DNA of 32,000 nucleotides from assembly GCA_963675515.1 (NCBI GenBank), contig OY776328.1, positions 2,010,001-2,042,000 on the forward strand, read 5' to 3'. This document shows, in pieces, positions 9,275 through 17,859 of this stretch (its first letter is position 1; every line of letters begins with the position of its first letter). The notes beneath the pieces are model-generated. The model was not told the origin of the DNA. It ran no database searches and saw only the letters and a program-made list of their open reading frames with translations. Both the position numbers and the translations under genes were made by a program. The DNA is from Coprobacillaceae bacterium (GTDB lineage Bacteria > Bacillota_I > Bacilli_A > Erysipelotrichales > Coprobacillaceae).

Positions 9275-9598
9275 TCATAGATCGATACGTTCGATTTTGA
9301 AAACAACCGGTCTGGTTCCGTCATTGCAGCAGGCGATCATCATTTTATCATCATTGGTCCACCCATTCATGATCGAACCGCCTTGTAAGGCCGCATAGAC
9401 ATAACGGCTGATGGCATCCCAGGCTTCACTGCAAAATTTACCATCCATCATATGGAAGAAATCCTTGTTGTCGATAATGAATTCATCACCTTCCTTGAAC
9501 AGATTACAAGGTCCCAATTGTGGGTCGGCAAGATATTTTTCCTGGAGATCCTTGTAACATTCCCTTTTCAATACAGTTATTTTACATTTGTATGCCAT
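9275..9598 (-). CDS. TIGR04076-family small Cys-rich protein
   Basis: 107 aa matching the family pattern as I recall it: KITVLKRE.Y.DL...YL.D...GPC.L.KEGDEF....FC..AW.AI....AL.GG....W.....I.CC.DG.RPVVFK.ERI. RBS AAAGGATGGG. Confidence 0.8.
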   Translation of the reverse strand: MAYKCKITVLKRECYKDLQEKYLADPQLGPCNLFKEGDEFIIDNKDFFHMMDGKFCSEAWDAISRYVYAALQGGSIMNGWTNDDKMMIACCNDGTRPVVFKIERIDL

Positions 9599-9753
9599 AA
9601 TGTTTGCCCATCCTTTTTCATAACTCGATTATATCACAATAGTGAAGCCGACATCATCAAAACACAGGCAAATTCGTTACAATTATTAATAATTTAAATT
9701 TTATGGTAGCTATCGGACCAACCTAAAGTTTTCATATGCATGATCGTAGCAGA

Positions 9754-12700
9754 TCACCCTTCGACTATCTCGATCACACTTTTTTCATTGTCCTTGCGCA
9801 CCAGGATCTTGTTGTCGATTCGCTCTTTAAGAAGGTTGACATGGGAGATGATTCCGATCATCTGGTCTTCAAGTCTGATTGACTGGAGCGTATTGATGGC
9901 GGTATTCAAGGAGTTGTCATCAAGCGTTCCAAATCCCTCGTCAATGAAGATCGAATTGAGCTCGACACTGCCCGATTTGTCCTGGACAAGCCGTGACAGG
10001 CCGATTGCCAGCGACAAGGCTGCCTTGAAAGTCTCCCCTCCTGAGAGCGTCCGGGCCAGCCGGGTCTTCGAATTTTCCCGATCAAGGATGCCAAGAACGA
10101 ATCCCGACGTGACTTTCTTGTTGTCCGGTTCGCTTGCGACAAACTGATACCTCTCGTTGGTCAGCTCCCCGAAGATCACATTGGCGTATTCAAGCAGCTC
10201 CTCGAAATAGGAGTAAACCAGGTATGTTTCAAAGGCCAGTTTCTTCTGACCGGCAAGACTCCCTTTGGCAGTCTGGTAAAGGTCATAGTATGTATGATGT
10301 TTCTCCTGGGCCTCGTTGCGGTTTTGCAGCCATGACCTGAGTTTGCCTGTGTCATTGACTATGGTCAGAAGCTGGCTTGTCACCTGTGTCAGGCGGTCCT
10401 TGATATCGTCCAGCGTTTCTTTCTTGATGGATGTCTGTTCATTCAGTGGTGCCGGGTCACCAACTTGCTTGTCCTTGGTCTGTTGTTTGTAGAACTCGAT
10501 TGTCGATTCGATCTTGTTGAGCGTCTGGTCGTATTTTTCTTTCTCCATTTCAAGCTGGTCGATAAGTCCGATCTGGGCGAAAGCGGCTTCCACGGATTCC
10601 GTTGGGAAAGCCAACAAGCTCAAAGCTTGTTCATATTGGGAACGGTTCTTGGCATTGGCTATTTCCAATTGATCCTTCCGGCTGGCTTTTTCTAGCAATG
10701 ATGTTTCAATCCGGGTAATCTGATTTTCTGCCAGGTGGTAATTGTTCTGGTTGGAAGCGATTCTGTCTTCGAGTGATTTTGCCGCCGCGAGGCATTCCCT
10801 GATTTCATTTTCAAGCTCTTCTGGTGTTTTCAAAATACGTGGCAATTCGTCAAGTTGGCCCTGCAAGGATGAAATGACTCCGTTGAGTCTTTCGACCTCG
10901 CTGTTGTGACTTGTCAAAGTGGCTGAGTCCTGCTCCATTGCCTGTTCGAGTTTTCCAAGTTTTTCCTTCATGGCATCAAGCCCCCTGAAGTAGGATTTGA
11001 CATCTGCCAGCCTTTCATTGGCTTTCTTGAGTCCGGCCCTGTTTTTTTCATCGAGTGCGTCATAATCGTCCGGCTTGCCCAGCTCCAGTTCGAGCGTTTC
11101 AAGCTTTTCTTGAGCGTTTTTCAAACTGGCGTTCAAATCGCTTCCTTTTGATATCGCCTTGTTGAGCTCGCCTTGGATTGCATCCTGTTTTTGCAGTAGC
11201 GAATCCAGATTTTCCTGGGAGATGTCGCTTTCAAAAACGGGCGCCACATCGGGATGGGACAAAGAACCACATACCGGGCAAGGCTCGTTGTCTTTCAACG
11301 AGGCGGCGATATACCCGATTGCATAATCGTTTTTCCTTTTTTGCGCCTGATTGAGTGCCTGCTTGGCTTGACGAAGCTCATTTGCGAGCGATTCATAGTG
11401 GCTCAAGGCTTCAAGGTGCATCTCGCGGATTGTTTTCTCGTTCGCTTTTTCCCTGAGGCGGGATTGGATTGTGTCCGCCTGATTGCGTAGCCGGTCGATC
11501 TCGTTTTGCCAAGTGATCTTGCTTGTAGCCATGGCAGTCTCTTTTTCAAGATACTGCTTCAAGGCGACAAGGCTTGTCTGGTTATCCTTTTGAGCCTGCA
11601 ACAGGAGTTCGATCTTTCCACAAAGCCCCTTGTTTCTCTTAGTGAAATTGGCGATATCGCCTTCAAGGGAGCGGATCTTTTCGAGCTGGATTTTTTGTTG
11701 CTCAAGATCGTTGGCACTTTTCTGGTGAACCTTTGTCTGTTCGAGATAGATGTCCCGGCGGTCCACTTCCTTTTTGAGCTCGATGATGGTCTTCCTGTTT
11801 TCTTCAAGTTCACTCTTAAGGTTGGTGATTGCTGCAGTCAGGGTGGCTATTTCCCGGTCGTTGCTTTGGATCAGTTCATATTCCGGTTTGACTTTGGCGG
11901 CAGCCTTGTAAAGAGACAACCGGTCCTCAAGAGTGATGTCCCGACTTGCCATCAGCTGGCTTTTTCCTTCCCCGGCTTTGGCCAGGGCTTCAAAAAGGGC
12001 ATTGGTCTCATTGATCTCACGAACCTGTCTGTCAATTATGGCAAGTTCCTCTTCCAGCTTAGTCACCTGGGTCTCAAGAGTGTTTTTGTCATTTTCATAT
12101 TCGCCTTTTTTATGTTCAAACTGTTCGACTAAGATTTCATCCTCGCCCCGGTTTTCAAACTGGTAAAGTTCAAGGATATCGACGATATTGTCATTGAAGC
12201 GGTCCAGATCGGATCTTGCCTCCTGATAATTATCGGAAAGCATCGTTGTGAAAGAATTCATGTTGGGAATCTTGAAGATCTTCTTGAGAATGTCGGTCCG
12301 CTTTGAATCGCTCTGGGTGATCAGGGCCATGAATTCATTCTGGGCGATCATCACTATCTGGGTGAACTCGTCATAGGTTACCCCGACAATCGATGATATG
12401 TCATTGCCCCCCTCGAACTTCATTTCCTTGTCATCGAGGAAAAATCGGTAGCTCGCGGCTATCTTCTTGTCCTTTTCGGCCAGCTTTTGGATCTGGGCGG
12501 GGACCCGCCTGATCCGGGCGATGGAAGAGTTGATTTTGAAGGTGTAGTCGACGTATGTGAGCTGGTCGGTTGCCATCACATTGCGCAGATCCTTGCTGGT
12601 GCGGTTGTTCCCGCTGGTCTTGTTGTAAAGGGCGAAGGCGATCGCGTCGAAAATCATCGTTTTCCCCGATCCGGTGTCGCCGCTGACCAGATAAAGACCG

Positions 12701-12783
12701 TTGCCGTCGAGGCGGGTGAAATCGATTTCCACCTTGTCAAGATAAGGCCCGAAGGCGCTCAGTTCCAATTTCAGCGGTTTCAT
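9754..12783 (-). CDS. sbcC: SbcC (Rad50-like) exonuclease ATPase subunit
   Basis: 1009 aa. Walker A GDTGSGKT, a long coiled-coil with zinc hook CPVCGS, ABC signature LSGGETF, and Walker B IFIDEGFGTLD. The start overlaps the sbcD stop (ATGA). Confidence 0.9.
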   Translation of the reverse strand: MKPLKLELSAFGPYLDKVEIDFTRLDGNGLYLVSGDTGSGKTMIFDAIAFALYNKTSGNNRTSKDLRNVMATDQLTYVDYTFKINSSIARIRRVPAQIQKLAEKDKKIAASYRFFLDDKEMKFEGGNDISSIVGVTYDEFTQIVMIAQNEFMALITQSDSKRTDILKKIFKIPNMNSFTTMLSDNYQEARSDLDRFNDNIVDILELYQFENRGEDEILVEQFEHKKGEYENDKNTLETQVTKLEEELAIIDRQVREINETNALFEALAKAGEGKSQLMASRDITLEDRLSLYKAAAKVKPEYELIQSNDREIATLTAAITNLKSELEENRKTIIELKKEVDRRDIYLEQTKVHQKSANDLEQQKIQLEKIRSLEGDIANFTKRNKGLCGKIELLLQAQKDNQTSLVALKQYLEKETAMATSKITWQNEIDRLRNQADTIQSRLREKANEKTIREMHLEALSHYESLANELRQAKQALNQAQKRKNDYAIGYIAASLKDNEPCPVCGSLSHPDVAPVFESDISQENLDSLLQKQDAIQGELNKAISKGSDLNASLKNAQEKLETLELELGKPDDYDALDEKNRAGLKKANERLADVKSYFRGLDAMKEKLGKLEQAMEQDSATLTSHNSEVERLNGVISSLQGQLDELPRILKTPEELENEIRECLAAAKSLEDRIASNQNNYHLAENQITRIETSLLEKASRKDQLEIANAKNRSQYEQALSLLAFPTESVEAAFAQIGLIDQLEMEKEKYDQTLNKIESTIEFYKQQTKDKQVGDPAPLNEQTSIKKETLDDIKDRLTQVTSQLLTIVNDTGKLRSWLQNRNEAQEKHHTYYDLYQTAKGSLAGQKKLAFETYLVYSYFEELLEYANVIFGELTNERYQFVASEPDNKKVTSGFVLGILDRENSKTRLARTLSGGETFKAALSLAIGLSRLVQDKSGSVELNSIFIDEGFGTLDDNSLNTAINTLQSIRLEDQMIGIISHVNLLKERIDNKILVRKDNEKSVIEIVEG

Positions 12784-13898
12784 CTTTTATCGCTCCTTTC
12801 AAAGAAATCATTGACGATCTTGCTTTGTGTGTCGTCCATGGCCAAGCCATCGTGCATCTGGGCGTAGAAATCGCCAAAAAGCTCAGTCACGCTCGCTGAT
12901 TTTTTAGGCTTTTTCAAGACAGCCTCTTTGTCAAGGGCGATCGGATTTGCGTATTTTACCTGCATGATGTTGGGATAGATCAGTTTCAGCCGGTCCCGGG
13001 CATTGAGGATCAGCCTTTGGTCCTCCAGGACGACCGAAACAAAATCATCAGCGTTCGCCAACTCCAAGCGGTTGAGCTGATCGAAAGTCCCGCTGATTTC
13101 AACCAGGTTCTGGATCGGTTTGAGCGACACAAACTCGATATCCACCTTCTTGTTTGCAATGGTCACCACCGGCACCGATTTGACCTGGTTGATTTCGTCA
13201 AACGACAGCGCCATCAGGCTCGAGCCATAGCGGCATTCCTGCTTCTTCAATGCCATGGAGCCATGGAGATGGCCAAGAGCGCAGTAATCGAAGTTTTCAA
13301 TCAGGTCAACCCCGATCATTTCACTGTTGCCAACACTGAAGGCTCCAGCCAGGTCGTTTTTTTGAAGCGATTCAAACGAGCTGCCAAAAAACTGATGGGA
13401 CACCAGAACATTGTCCCTGGTGTAGTCTATTTTTTGGGCCGTAAGGTAATGCCTGTAGGCATCATTATAGCTGTGGACATCGGCTTCGCACAGCAGGCGG
13501 ACATCGATCGGTTTTAAAAACGGCAGCAGGTAGAAGTCCACGTCCTTGATGGTTATCTTCGCTATTTCCCTGGTCAACTCACCCACGAGATGCACGCCGC
13601 TGATAGCCACCAGCTCGCTGAGGTATTCCAGCCGGGCCGGACCATCATGATTTCCGGCGATAACAAGCACTTTCAAATCGGCGCTTACCGCCCTGACCAG
13701 AAAATCCTTGAAGACCCGCAAGGCCTCGCTTGGTGCGATGGCCCGGTCGAAAACATCACCCGCAACCACAATCGCGTCTATTTCCCTCTCCCTGGCCAGG
13801 TTCAGGACCTGGTCAAGCAGGTCTTTCTGGATGTCAAGCAGGCTTGTATTGAACAGATATTTGCCGATATGCAAATCGGCCAGATGAATAAATTTCAT
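12780..13898 (-). CDS. sbcD: SbcD (Mre11-like) nuclease subunit
   Basis: MKFIHLADLHIGK, AGDVFD and GNHD calcineurin-like phosphoesterase motifs. The preferred start is the ATG at 13898 (GGAGG 5 nt upstream), 4 codons inside the track ORF. Confidence 0.9.
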   Translation of the reverse strand: MKFIHLADLHIGKYLFNTSLLDIQKDLLDQVLNLAREREIDAIVVAGDVFDRAIAPSEALRVFKDFLVRAVSADLKVLVIAGNHDGPARLEYLSELVAISGVHLVGELTREIAKITIKDVDFYLLPFLKPIDVRLLCEADVHSYNDAYRHYLTAQKIDYTRDNVLVSHQFFGSSFESLQKNDLAGAFSVGNSEMIGVDLIENFDYCALGHLHGSMALKKQECRYGSSLMALSFDEINQVKSVPVVTIANKKVDIEFVSLKPIQNLVEISGTFDQLNRLELANADDFVSVVLEDQRLILNARDRLKLIYPNIMQVKYANPIALDKEAVLKKPKKSASVTELFGDFYAQMHDGLAMDDTQSKIVNDFFERSDKR

Positions 13899-14293
13899 TG
13901 CAACCTCCATAAATATATTTCTTTGACTTTTTCATCCCGGTTGAAGAATTTCTTCAAGCTTTTGGGAACCGGTGCGGTTTCGAGATGCTCCGCCCCCAGT
14001 TTGGCGATTATTTTCCTGCTGGCGACATTGTCCGGGTCACAGGTGAGAATCACCTTTTCATAGCCAGCTTCAACCATCAGTTTTTTTAAAAGCTTACAAG
14101 CTTCAAGACTTTTGTTTTTTCCCTGAAACTCCGGATCAATCGTGTAGCCCACATGACCGTCGTACCGATGGTCTTCTAAAGTTCCCAGCCTGAAAACGAT
14201 CCGGCCGATTTCCCGGTTTTTTTCCTTGATAAGATATATATAGTAGCTCCCCAGGTCAAGGTCCTGGACAAATTCCAAAAGTTCTAATTCCAT
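13895..14293 (-). CDS. GNAT-family N-acetyltransferase (short)
   Basis: About 132 aa from the ATG at 14293 (the track ORF extends to 14371). Contains GHVGYTIDPEFQGKNKSLEACKLL, a Q/R-x-x-G-x-G/A-like CoA loop. The stop overlaps the sbcD ATG (ATGA at 13895-13898). Confidence 0.65.
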   Translation of the reverse strand: MELELLEFVQDLDLGSYYIYLIKEKNREIGRIVFRLGTLEDHRYDGHVGYTIDPEFQGKNKSLEACKLLKKLMVEAGYEKVILTCDPDNVASRKIIAKLGAEHLETAPVPKSLKKFFNRDEKVKEIYLWRLQ

Positions 14294-14385
14294 TAGTCGC
14301 CTCGCGCCCTCCTGTTTTCCATTATAGCACATAAAAGATGCGATAATCCCCAACTTGAAATAGAGGTGCAAAAAAAGACCTCTAT

Positions 14386-14413
14386 CAAAAAAAAATCATC
14401 TTTTCAGATGATT
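14386..14413 (-). terminator. Intrinsic terminator of luxS
   Basis: On the minus strand, AATCATC-TGAAAA-GATGATT starts at the stop codon and is followed by a T-run (plus-strand A-run 14386-14395). Confidence 0.6.
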
Positions 14414-14865
14414 CATTGGTCCAGATAATGATATTCGAATTCCCACTCGCTATCAAGATAATGCGCGATGGCTTCCTTGCCTGAAATCAGGTCCATATAA
14501 GTGAAGTTGCCACACTCGCTGGCGCTTGCTCCGGGAATTTCACCATCCCAGGCCACAATCTTTTCACAGACATCCCTGACCAGATCAACTACCTGTTCAA
14601 GGCCAAGATCGCGGACAATAAGGTAAAATCCGGTCATGCATCCCATCGGGCCAAAGTAGATGATCTTGTCCTTTTGATCCCCGTTGCGCAGGATTGTCGC
14701 TCCCAGGTGCTCGATTGCATGGGCTCCCTTGGGGTCGATGGCCTTTTCCAGGTTGGGAATCGTCATCCGCAAATCATAGGTTGTGATATCCCCGTCGACC
14801 CGGGATACATAGACTCCCTGGCGCAGTTTTTCGTGGTCCACACTGAAGCTGGTTATTCTTTCCAT
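14413..14865 (-). CDS. luxS: S-ribosylhomocysteine lyase
   Basis: 150 aa. Metal motif HAIEH and conserved GPMGCMTGFY. RBS AAGGAGA overlaps the stop of the upstream gene. Confidence 0.93.
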   Translation of the reverse strand: MERITSFSVDHEKLRQGVYVSRVDGDITTYDLRMTIPNLEKAIDPKGAHAIEHLGATILRNGDQKDKIIYFGPMGCMTGFYLIVRDLGLEQVVDLVRDVCEKIVAWDGEIPGASASECGNFTYMDLISGKEAIAHYLDSEWEFEYHYLDQ

Positions 14866-14876
14866 TCTTTTCTCCT

Positions 14877-16211
14877 TCAGACATTTTTACCAATTATATT
14901 ACGATAAGTAAAAAATATCAATTCAATAAAGTCCAAAGGTTTAGGAAAACCTGGATTGATCCCGATTGGCCAAAGCGGTTTGAAAACCCGCTCCAATCTG
15001 GTGATTGTGGTGTTGAAATCGCCTTCTTCAACGAAGATGTCGTATTGGTTTTCAATGCTGCCGCATGTCACAATGCTTTTTGCCTTGATCAGAACTTGGA
15101 GATATTCAAGCATCGCGCTTTTCGAGACATCATGGCGGTAGACTTTCAGAAAACTGTAACCCGGATAACCAGGAGCGGGATGGAACAGAACTTTGATCTG
15201 TCTTGCGAATGGGGCGTTTTTCAACGCGTCTACCGCCTTGTCCAACTTTTCGGTCTTGTCGATTGCCATATAGTAAAGGGGCTTTGATGCATCAAGATAG
15301 TGGCTTTCATGGACGTAATTGCGATAAGGCGAAGTCTTGCATTTATCGAATATTTCTTTTTCCACCGGGTTGTTGAACTCGCCATAATAGATAAGCAAAA
15401 CATCATCTATCAGGCAGTTGGTAAAAACATGGATGCCTTGTGACTTCAAAAGACAGCTTACAATATGACCAAGTTCCCTGCCAATGGGCATCGACTTGAG
15501 ATATTTGTTTTTCTTGATGTCGTAAAGGATCGCCCCGTTGCAGGCGACAACCGGCAAATCCAGGTTGATGCCCGGGGTAGCCTCGATAATCGATGCCGGG
15601 GTGCGCAAAGATGCGACGGTGAACAAGGCCCCCTGGTCGATCATCCGGTTGAGCATGATCCGGGTCGAATCGCAAATCTTCTCGCCGGTTTTGAAGAGCG
15701 TCCCATCAAGGCCCGACACAAGCAAAACGTCCTTTTGCTTGATTCTTGGCAGTTCGAACGAATTGACCCCGATGCCAATGGCAACGCCGGCCAGGGTCGC
15801 CACAACCCGGCTCAAGACAAATTCCAGCAGGCTATTGTCGCCGCGATGGACCGCGGTGATTGAAAGGAAGACAACCGCACTGAAATAGGCGGAATTCTTG
15901 AATCCCATCCTTGAGGCGGTGTAGAGAACCATCATCGTGATAAAGGCGACAACCAGATAATAGATGTAGCTTTCATTGGAAAACTGTCCGGTTTGCGCCA
16001 ATAACTGGACACCCAGGCCATAGAACGCCCCGATGAACGTCCCCATGGTCCGCTGCATCGCCATCGACTTGGTTGATTTCTGGTCAATCTGGAGACACTG
16101 CAGTGCCGAGATGGCACTGTAAAACAACGCCCCCTGAGGCAGCAATGGTGCAATTGCGAAGCAAAGCAGCGTGGATATAAGCGACTTGATCAATCTTTTG
16201 CCGATTTTCAT
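14877..16211 (-). CDS. Fusion protein: FUSC/ArAE-like (aromatic acid exporter family) membrane domain plus Cof-type HAD-IIB-like domain with degenerate catalytic motifs
   Basis: The N-terminal ~165 aa is polytopic (QRTMGTFIGAFYGLGVQLL, as in ArAE/FUSC_2). The C-terminal ~270 aa aligns to Cof-type HAD, but motif I reads GLDGTL (canonical DxDGTL) and motif IV reads GSIENQYD (canonical GDxxND). Preferred start is the ATG at 16211 (GGAAGGGG 9 nt upstream); the track starts at TTG 16220. Confidence 0.7.
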   Translation of the reverse strand: MKIGKRLIKSLISTLLCFAIAPLLPQGALFYSAISALQCLQIDQKSTKSMAMQRTMGTFIGAFYGLGVQLLAQTGQFSNESYIYYLVVAFITMMVLYTASRMGFKNSAYFSAVVFLSITAVHRGDNSLLEFVLSRVVATLAGVAIGIGVNSFELPRIKQKDVLLVSGLDGTLFKTGEKICDSTRIMLNRMIDQGALFTVASLRTPASIIEATPGINLDLPVVACNGAILYDIKKNKYLKSMPIGRELGHIVSCLLKSQGIHVFTNCLIDDVLLIYYGEFNNPVEKEIFDKCKTSPYRNYVHESHYLDASKPLYYMAIDKTEKLDKAVDALKNAPFARQIKVLFHPAPGYPGYSFLKVYRHDVSKSAMLEYLQVLIKAKSIVTCGSIENQYDIFVEEGDFNTTITRLERVFKPLWPIGINPGFPKPLDFIELIFFTYRNIIGKNV

Positions 16212-16240
16212 AATCATCAACCCCTTCCGGATTTAAGATG

Positions 16241-16268
16241 ATTATAACATCATTCATCAATAAATCAA
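16241..16268 (-). promoter_or_regulatory. Sigma-70-type promoter for the FUSC-HAD/luxS transcription unit
   Basis: On the minus strand: TTGATT (16268-16263), 16-nt spacer, TATAAT (16246-16241), about 30 nt upstream of the start codon. Confidence 0.5.
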
Positions 16269-16317
16269 TAACTTTTTATCACTGTGATAGAATATTATTA
16301 AATGTGGAGACGACCAG

Positions 16318-16782
16318 TTACTGGCCGCCGTTGCTTTTATTCAGGTATTTCGACAGGGCATGGATGATCACCTGATGGTCTTCATTGTGTTCCAGACCGG
16401 AAACGCAGATGGCTCCGGTGACTTCTTTTTGCTCGATGATCGGGAATCCGCCTCCGCAAATCGCGTGCGTATCGTCCGATATCCAGTTTTCATATTCTTC
16501 ATTGTCCGCGTTCAAGGCGACGTAAAGGGAACTGTGTCCACTTGAGATCGTGGTGTTCTCCTTGCGGACCAGCCATGTCGCTTCCCGTTTGCGCTCGTTC
16601 ATCAGGAAATGGAAGACAAGCAGCCCGTGATGGACGACCCGGATTCCCACCGGCAAGTCAAAGTTGTTTTTAACATAATCGTTGATGATAAGTCCCAGAT
16701 TCAAGGCATCGTCATGTTCGAATTTTTCAAATTGAAGTGTCTTTTCGTGTTGGATCACTTCTTCCAAAGTAAAAGGTTTCAT
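16318..16782 (-). CDS. UPF0303 / heme-degrading (GlcG/HbpS-like, DUF336) domain protein
   Basis: 154 aa. Pattern F..F....A..LG.......N..PV.I.V...G...F.... and ICGGGFPI...V.GAI.VSGL..NEDH, typical of UPF0303. 9-nt gap to the upstream gene. Confidence 0.7.
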   Translation of the reverse strand: MKPFTLEEVIQHEKTLQFEKFEHDDALNLGLIINDYVKNNFDLPVGIRVVHHGLLVFHFLMNERKREATWLVRKENTTISSGHSSLYVALNADNEEYENWISDDTHAICGGGFPIIEQKEVTGAICVSGLEHNEDHQVIIHALSKYLNKSNGGQ

Positions 16783-16791
16783 TGTAACTCC

Positions 16792-17817
16792 CTATTTCAA
16801 ATTTTTAACACCAGTTTCCAGTATTTCCAGTTGCGCCAATGTCTGTTCTGGTGTTATTGTCGGCGCTTTGTTGTTGACTATCGCCTCGTAAAGGTCATCG
16901 TAGACCCGGCCATAATCTCCCTTTTGAGAGATGACCTTCTCTTCGTGGTATATCCCTAGATCGTCGTAGTAAGTCATGGTTCCATAATGTTCAGGCAGAT
17001 CAGCTCCAAAATCAGGATTGTCAGGCAGGAAGAACATCTTGAGATGTTCTTCCTGTCGGTCTTTTTTCTCCTTGACAAAGCAGCCCTTTTTGCCGTAGAC
17101 GACAAAGCTGGGCCGTTCCTTGACCCGGAAATAGCTGGATTTGACCGAGATTTTCAACACCCCGTAATAGAGGTCCAGATCGAAATAGTCATTCATCCGC
17201 CCTGGGCCTAGCAGCTGACGCACATCGTAATTGATCCTGTCGGGTGTCCCGAAGTGGCTGATCACCTGGTCGATGGTGTGGCAGCCATGGCCATAAAGAT
17301 ACGAAAGGGAGGGACTGAAACAGTCCACGCTTTCGGGAATCTCGGGCCGGTAATAGTCGAAGTGCATTTCGATTTCCAGCAGTTCGCCAAGTTTGCCGCT
17401 TTCAATCACATCGATTGCGGTAAGAAAGTCGCTGTCGAAGCGGCGGTTCTGGTAGGCCTGGACGATCTTGCCTTTTTGTCTGGCCAGCTCGAAAATCTCC
17501 CGGGCCTGTTCACCTGTTTCCATGAACGGCTTTTCAACCAGGCAGTGTTTGTCGTGTTGAAGAACCAGTTTGGCATAATCGTAATGGAGGTTGTTGTCAT
17601 GGCGGGTGCATATCACGATCAGATCGATGTCCTTGTCGAGAAGCAGATCATCAAGATTGTCGGTGTATTCGACCCCCTCGACCCGCTCCCATTCTTTTTT
17701 TGCCAGGTTGCGGGCGTAGATTTTAGAGACATTGATCCTGTCTTTGCGTTGGACCACGAATGGCAGGTGATAGCGGTTGGTGCTCTTGCCATTTCCGATA
17801 TAGGCGATATTGATCAT
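16792..17817 (-). CDS. Gfo/Idh/MocA-family NAD(P)-dependent oxidoreductase
   Basis: 341 aa. N-terminal Rossmann IAYIGNGKSTNRYH, EKP motif (LVEKPF), and a C-terminal alpha/beta domain. RBS AAGGAGA. Confidence 0.85.
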   Translation of the reverse strand: MINIAYIGNGKSTNRYHLPFVVQRKDRINVSKIYARNLAKKEWERVEGVEYTDNLDDLLLDKDIDLIVICTRHDNNLHYDYAKLVLQHDKHCLVEKPFMETGEQAREIFELARQKGKIVQAYQNRRFDSDFLTAIDVIESGKLGELLEIEMHFDYYRPEIPESVDCFSPSLSYLYGHGCHTIDQVISHFGTPDRINYDVRQLLGPGRMNDYFDLDLYYGVLKISVKSSYFRVKERPSFVVYGKKGCFVKEKKDRQEEHLKMFFLPDNPDFGADLPEHYGTMTYYDDLGIYHEEKVISQKGDYGRVYDDLYEAIVNNKAPTITPEQTLAQLEILETGVKNLK

Positions 17818-17859
17818 GGGATTTTCTCCTTGGTTTCTTTAGATTGTCTTTTCATGTCA

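Noticed and set aside
8470-9324. Track version of the first RpiR ORF (284 aa, overlapping the TIGR04076 gene)
   Set aside because: The first 39 codons overlap the upstream gene and lack an RBS, so the ATG at 9207 with GGAGGAGG is the real start. The 3' end is an artefact of a frameshift (see features).
11506-12132. 208-aa plus-strand ORF inside sbcC
   Set aside because: It is antisense to the SbcC coiled-coil region. Long open antisense frames are expected opposite the biased codon usage of coiled-coil coding sequence. No start context was found.
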